Below, in pieces: positions 28,809 through 32,000 of a stretch of DNA of 32,000 bases (within the stretch, counting starts at the first letter, position 1; each line of letters starts with the position of its first letter). The notes under the pieces were generated by a model, which did not search any database, was not told the DNA's origin, and was given only the letters and a program-made list of their open reading frames with translations. A program made the position numbers and the translations under genes. Origin of the DNA: Pseudoalteromonas tetraodonis (GTDB lineage: Bacteria > Pseudomonadota > Gammaproteobacteria > Enterobacterales > Alteromonadaceae); contig NZ_CP011041.1 in NCBI RefSeq assembly GCF_002310835.1, forward strand, positions 3,180,001 to 3,212,000, read 5' to 3'.

Positions 28809-30728
28809 ATGATCCAAATCTCAGAAATAGAACTGCTTCGCGGTGGCAAAGCTTTATTAAAAAATGCATCGGCTACATTATTTCCAGAGCACAAAGTAGG
28901 CCTTGTTGGTGCTAATGGCTGTGGTAAGTCAACGCTATTTAGTTTATTAAAGTCTGAGCTTTCATTAGATGGCGGTAATTGCAGTATTCCTAAAGATTGG
29001 TCACTGGCCTCAGTAAAACAAGAAACCCCCGCCCTTGAAATAAGCGCTATAGATTACGTACTGCAAGGCCACCCTGAATATTATGCGCTACGAATTGCTT
29101 TGCGTGAAGCTGAGCAAACCAATGATGGCGACACTCAAGCTAAAGTGCATATTCAGCTAGAAAATATTAAAGGCTATAGCATAGAAGCCAAGGCAGGAGA
29201 GCTATTACATGGTTTAGGGTTTGCTAATAACCAAATAGAAAATCCGGTAAGTGCATTTTCGGGTGGTTGGCGTATGCGTTTAAACTTAGCCCAAGCGCTT
29301 ATTCGCGATGCCGACTTACTGTTACTGGATGAGCCTACAAACCACCTTGATTTAGATGCTGTGTATTGGCTTGAGCGTTTTTTACGTGCATACACTGGTA
29401 CACTGGTACTGATATCTCATGATCGAGAGTTTTTAGATGCGGTGGTTGATCAAATTTGGCATATAGATAAACAACTTATCAATGTATATAAAGGCAATTA
29501 CTCGCAGTTTGAACGCCAAAAAGCTGAGCGTTTATTACAGCAGCAAGCCATGTTTGAAAAACAACAAGATCAAATTGCCCACTTAGAGCAATTTATTACT
29601 CGTTTTAAAGCTAAAGCCAGTAAAGCCAAACAGGCACAAAGCCGCGTTAAAGCGCTAGAACGCATGGAAAAACTTGCCCCTGCACATGCTGACTCGCCAT
29701 TTGATTTTGAATTTGCCGAGCCAACCGCTCTGCCTAACCCGCTAATGACGCTCGACAAAGCAAAAGCTGGTTATGGCGATGTGACCATTTTAAACAGTAT
29801 TAAGCTGAACTTAGTGCCAGGCAGCCGTATTGCACTACTTGGTAGAAATGGCGCAGGTAAATCAACACTTATTAAGCTGCTCTCTGGTGACTTACAACCT
29901 CAAGCAGGTGAAGTGTTTCAGCATCAGGGGTTAAACATTGGCTACTTTGCGCAGCATCAATTGGAATCACTTGATTTAAAAGCCAGTGCCGTCACTCACC
30001 TGCAACGTTTAAACCCTAAAGCCAGCGAACAATCACTGCGTGACTTTTTAGGCGGCTTTGCCTTTGTAGGCGATAAAGCACTCGACCCTGTTGCCCCTTT
30101 TTCAGGCGGCGAAAAAGCGCGCTTAGTGCTAGCTATGTTAGTCTATCAAAAGCCAAACTTACTGTTACTCGATGAGCCAACCAACCACCTTGATTTAGAA
30201 ATGCGCCACGCATTGGTTATGGCATTACAAGGCTTTGAAGGCGCTATGGTCACGGTATCGCATGATCGCCACATGCTTAAAAACACCGCTGATGAATTTT
30301 ACTTAGTTGATAACGGCGAAGTTACTCAGTTTGGTTACGACCTAGACGCGTATTATCAGTGGCTGCTTAATGCTAATAAAGAAGCCGCTAAAAGCGACAC
30401 CGATGACGAGCCAAAAGCCCACTCACAAGTAAACCGAAAAGAGCAAAAGCGCTTAGAGGCCGAGTTTAGAAAAGCGATTCAACCGCTTAAAAAGCAAATT
30501 GAAAAGCTTGAAAAACAATTGGATAAATTTGCTGCAGAATTAGCTGACGTTGAAGAGGCGCTCGGCGATAACACACTTTATAACGATGAAAATAAAGCTA
30601 AGCTCAAAGAGCTAATTACCAAGCAAGCCACACTTACGCCTAAGCTTAATAATGTTGAAGAAGAGTTATTAATGGCCCTTGAAGAGATGGAACAAAAAGA
30701 ACAGGCATTCGCCGATGAACTTGCTTAA
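28809..30728 (+). CDS. yheS: ABC-F family ATPase YheS (two ABC domains, no TM domain)
   Basis: 639 aa with two Walker A motifs (GANGCGKST and GRNGAGKST) and two LSGG-type signatures (FSGGWRMR and FSGGEKAR). It has a charged linker and a C-terminal coiled coil. Confidence 0.95.
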   Translation: MIQISEIELLRGGKALLKNASATLFPEHKVGLVGANGCGKSTLFSLLKSELSLDGGNCSIPKDWSLASVKQETPALEISAIDYVLQGHPEYYALRIALREAEQTNDGDTQAKVHIQLENIKGYSIEAKAGELLHGLGFANNQIENPVSAFSGGWRMRLNLAQALIRDADLLLLDEPTNHLDLDAVYWLERFLRAYTGTLVLISHDREFLDAVVDQIWHIDKQLINVYKGNYSQFERQKAERLLQQQAMFEKQQDQIAHLEQFITRFKAKASKAKQAQSRVKALERMEKLAPAHADSPFDFEFAEPTALPNPLMTLDKAKAGYGDVTILNSIKLNLVPGSRIALLGRNGAGKSTLIKLLSGDLQPQAGEVFQHQGLNIGYFAQHQLESLDLKASAVTHLQRLNPKASEQSLRDFLGGFAFVGDKALDPVAPFSGGEKARLVLAMLVYQKPNLLLLDEPTNHLDLEMRHALVMALQGFEGAMVTVSHDRHMLKNTADEFYLVDNGEVTQFGYDLDAYYQWLLNANKEAAKSDTDDEPKAHSQVNRKEQKRLEAEFRKAIQPLKKQIEKLEKQLDKFAAELADVEEALGDNTLYNDENKAKLKELITKQATLTPKLNNVEEELLMALEEMEQKEQAFADELA

Positions 30729-31131
30729 CAGCAACGATTTTTGGCAGTTTGCATGTCAGCTTTATAGCGAAGATGGCATGCAAGCGCGCCTGTTAGATTA
30801 CCAAAACCTGCAAGGTAAAAACGTCAACCTATGCTTGTTGCTGTATTACTTAGATTCTCTCAATCTAGCTATTAACCAAACACAGCTGAGCAAGCTTGAA
30901 CAATCTATTAGTGAATTTGAGCAGCAGGTATTAAAGCCTCTACGTACTACCCGCGCCTATTTAAAAACAATTCAAACCGAGATTACCGATTACGCCGCAA
31001 TTCGAAAAGCACTTCTCGGCGCCGAGTTGAAGTTAGAAAAGCAGCAACAAATAATATTGATTGATGTAGTTAATAGTATGGATTTAACAGCCTGTTCAAC
31101 GCCCAATAACAGCGATAAATATTTGGCATGA
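30715..31131 (+). CDS. Conserved hypothetical protein (TIGR02444/DUF2390-like)
   Basis: The ATG at 30715 overlaps the yheS stop by 14 nt. The N-terminus FWQFACQLYSEDGMQARLLDYQNLQGKNVNLCLLLYYL matches my recollection of the family that lies downstream of yheS in Vibrio and Shewanella. The TTG at 30679 in the ORF track is unlikely. Confidence 0.65.
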   Translation: MNLLNSNDFWQFACQLYSEDGMQARLLDYQNLQGKNVNLCLLLYYLDSLNLAINQTQLSKLEQSISEFEQQVLKPLRTTRAYLKTIQTEITDYAAIRKALLGAELKLEKQQQIILIDVVNSMDLTACSTPNNSDKYLA

Positions 31132-31208
31132 TTTTTCACCATTATTTTCATCATATCACTTATATTATGAATATTAGCTCGTAATATACGTGGTTACTTT
31201 GGTTTGTT

Positions 31209-31442
31209 TTATAAACCAAGCTGCATATCTTTGGCTTTGTATTGAAACACCTCTTCTAATGGCAAGTTAAAAACTATAGAAATTTTAAAAGCCACTTCTA
31301 GAGAGGGTGAATATTTATTTGCCTCAATTGCCATTACCGTTTGCCGAGTTACACCAATAGCATCTGCTAATTGCTTTTGCGTCATTTCATCGCGTAAAAA
31401 GCGTAATGTTCGAATAGAGTTAGTTATTACATACTCACTCAT
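31209..31442 (-). CDS. Small XRE/Cro-CI family HTH transcriptional regulator
   Basis: 77 aa. MTQKQLADAIGVTRQTVMAIEANKYSPSLEVAFKISIVFNLPLEEVF is a canonical HTH_3 domain of the short stand-alone type. Confidence 0.88.
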   Translation of the reverse strand: MSEYVITNSIRTLRFLRDEMTQKQLADAIGVTRQTVMAIEANKYSPSLEVAFKISIVFNLPLEEVFQYKAKDMQLGL

Positions 31443-31935
31443 AAATATTACCCGTTCTACCTTTATAAAGCTGCGCTATATAGTTGACTATTTCGGCAAT
31501 CAAAAAAGCACCTACCATGACGTGCATTGGTAAGTATGGAATATTATATTCAATGGCTGGGCCCCAGTTATTAGCTTCAATTTGATACTGAACAATAGCA
31601 ACACAAATTCCCGTCTGTAATATTATGGCCTTATATTTATAACCCACTAAATTTATTTGCTTTTCTCTCACATCAGGTGGCTGATTTAATTCATTATCAC
31701 TGATAAATGAAAGTAATAAATAGCTCAATACTATAAGTATCACAGAATAAATTAACACCTGTAGCAATAAACCAGATAACCAAGAAACAGAACTAAGCTG
31801 CTGCGTACTCGCATTCATTAGGCTGTTTACATAAAAGTAAGATATGTACACGCTTACTAGTAAATCGATACTCAGCGTCAGTTCTCTAAAACTTATGCTT
31901 TGTAAAAATTCTTTAAAGTGCTCTGAACGAGTCAT
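31435..31935 (-). CDS. Hypothetical four-TM membrane protein, upstream partner of the XRE regulator
   Basis: 166 aa with about four hydrophobic helices. Its stop overlaps the XRE start by 8 nt. It is visibly AT-rich. The family is not recognised with confidence; it is DUF2975/DUF3278-style in architecture only. Confidence 0.6.
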   Translation of the reverse strand: MTRSEHFKEFLQSISFRELTLSIDLLVSVYISYFYVNSLMNASTQQLSSVSWLSGLLLQVLIYSVILIVLSYLLLSFISDNELNQPPDVREKQINLVGYKYKAIILQTGICVAIVQYQIEANNWGPAIEYNIPYLPMHVMVGAFLIAEIVNYIAQLYKGRTGNIYE

Positions 31936-32000
31936 ATAAAGCTAACCCCAAGTAAAATATTTTTGACTTTAAAACTATAAGTTCACTCTTTAGCCATGTC

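Overview
This window reads as a conserved chromosomal segment of a moderately AT-rich marine gammaproteobacterium. The gene content and protein sequences look Alteromonadales/Pseudoalteromonas-like, but that is inference because no search was run.

Gene order, left to right:
- An aa3-type cytochrome c oxidase cluster on the minus strand: coxB-coxA-ctaG-coxC, a plus-strand DUF2909-like gene, then SURF1, a SCO-like protein and the start of heme A synthase.
- lexA with two SOS boxes.
- A YdiI/EntH-type thioesterase.
- An orphan protein divergent from periplasmic endonuclease I.
- The divergent hmp-norR nitric-oxide module.
- A LysR regulator paired with an FMN reductase.
- A TerB-like protein.
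- A small islet of three orphan secreted or membrane proteins that contains a ~160 bp foldback repeat.
- The leuABCD operon with its leader peptide and attenuator.
- fabR-desA-sthA, hemE, rsd, and fkpA-(WD40)-slyX-yheV-yheS-TIGR02444.
- An XRE regulator plus membrane-protein pair at the right edge.

I found no tRNA or rRNA genes, CRISPR arrays, transposases, integrases or recognisable defence genes. I do not see a convincing novel multi-gene system.

The best leads for follow-up are:
- the foldback element inside the orphan islet (13.9-15.7 kb);
- an orphan promoter-plus-terminator pair between hemE and rsd, which is a candidate sRNA;
- the WD40 lipoprotein gene wedged into the conserved fkpA-slyX synteny and overlapping slyX;
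- the FabR-operator-controlled desaturase that appears to be co-transcribed with sthA;
- the AT-rich XRE/membrane pair that may continue beyond the window.

All calls come from reading the sequence and remembering protein families. No database search or folding calculation was performed.
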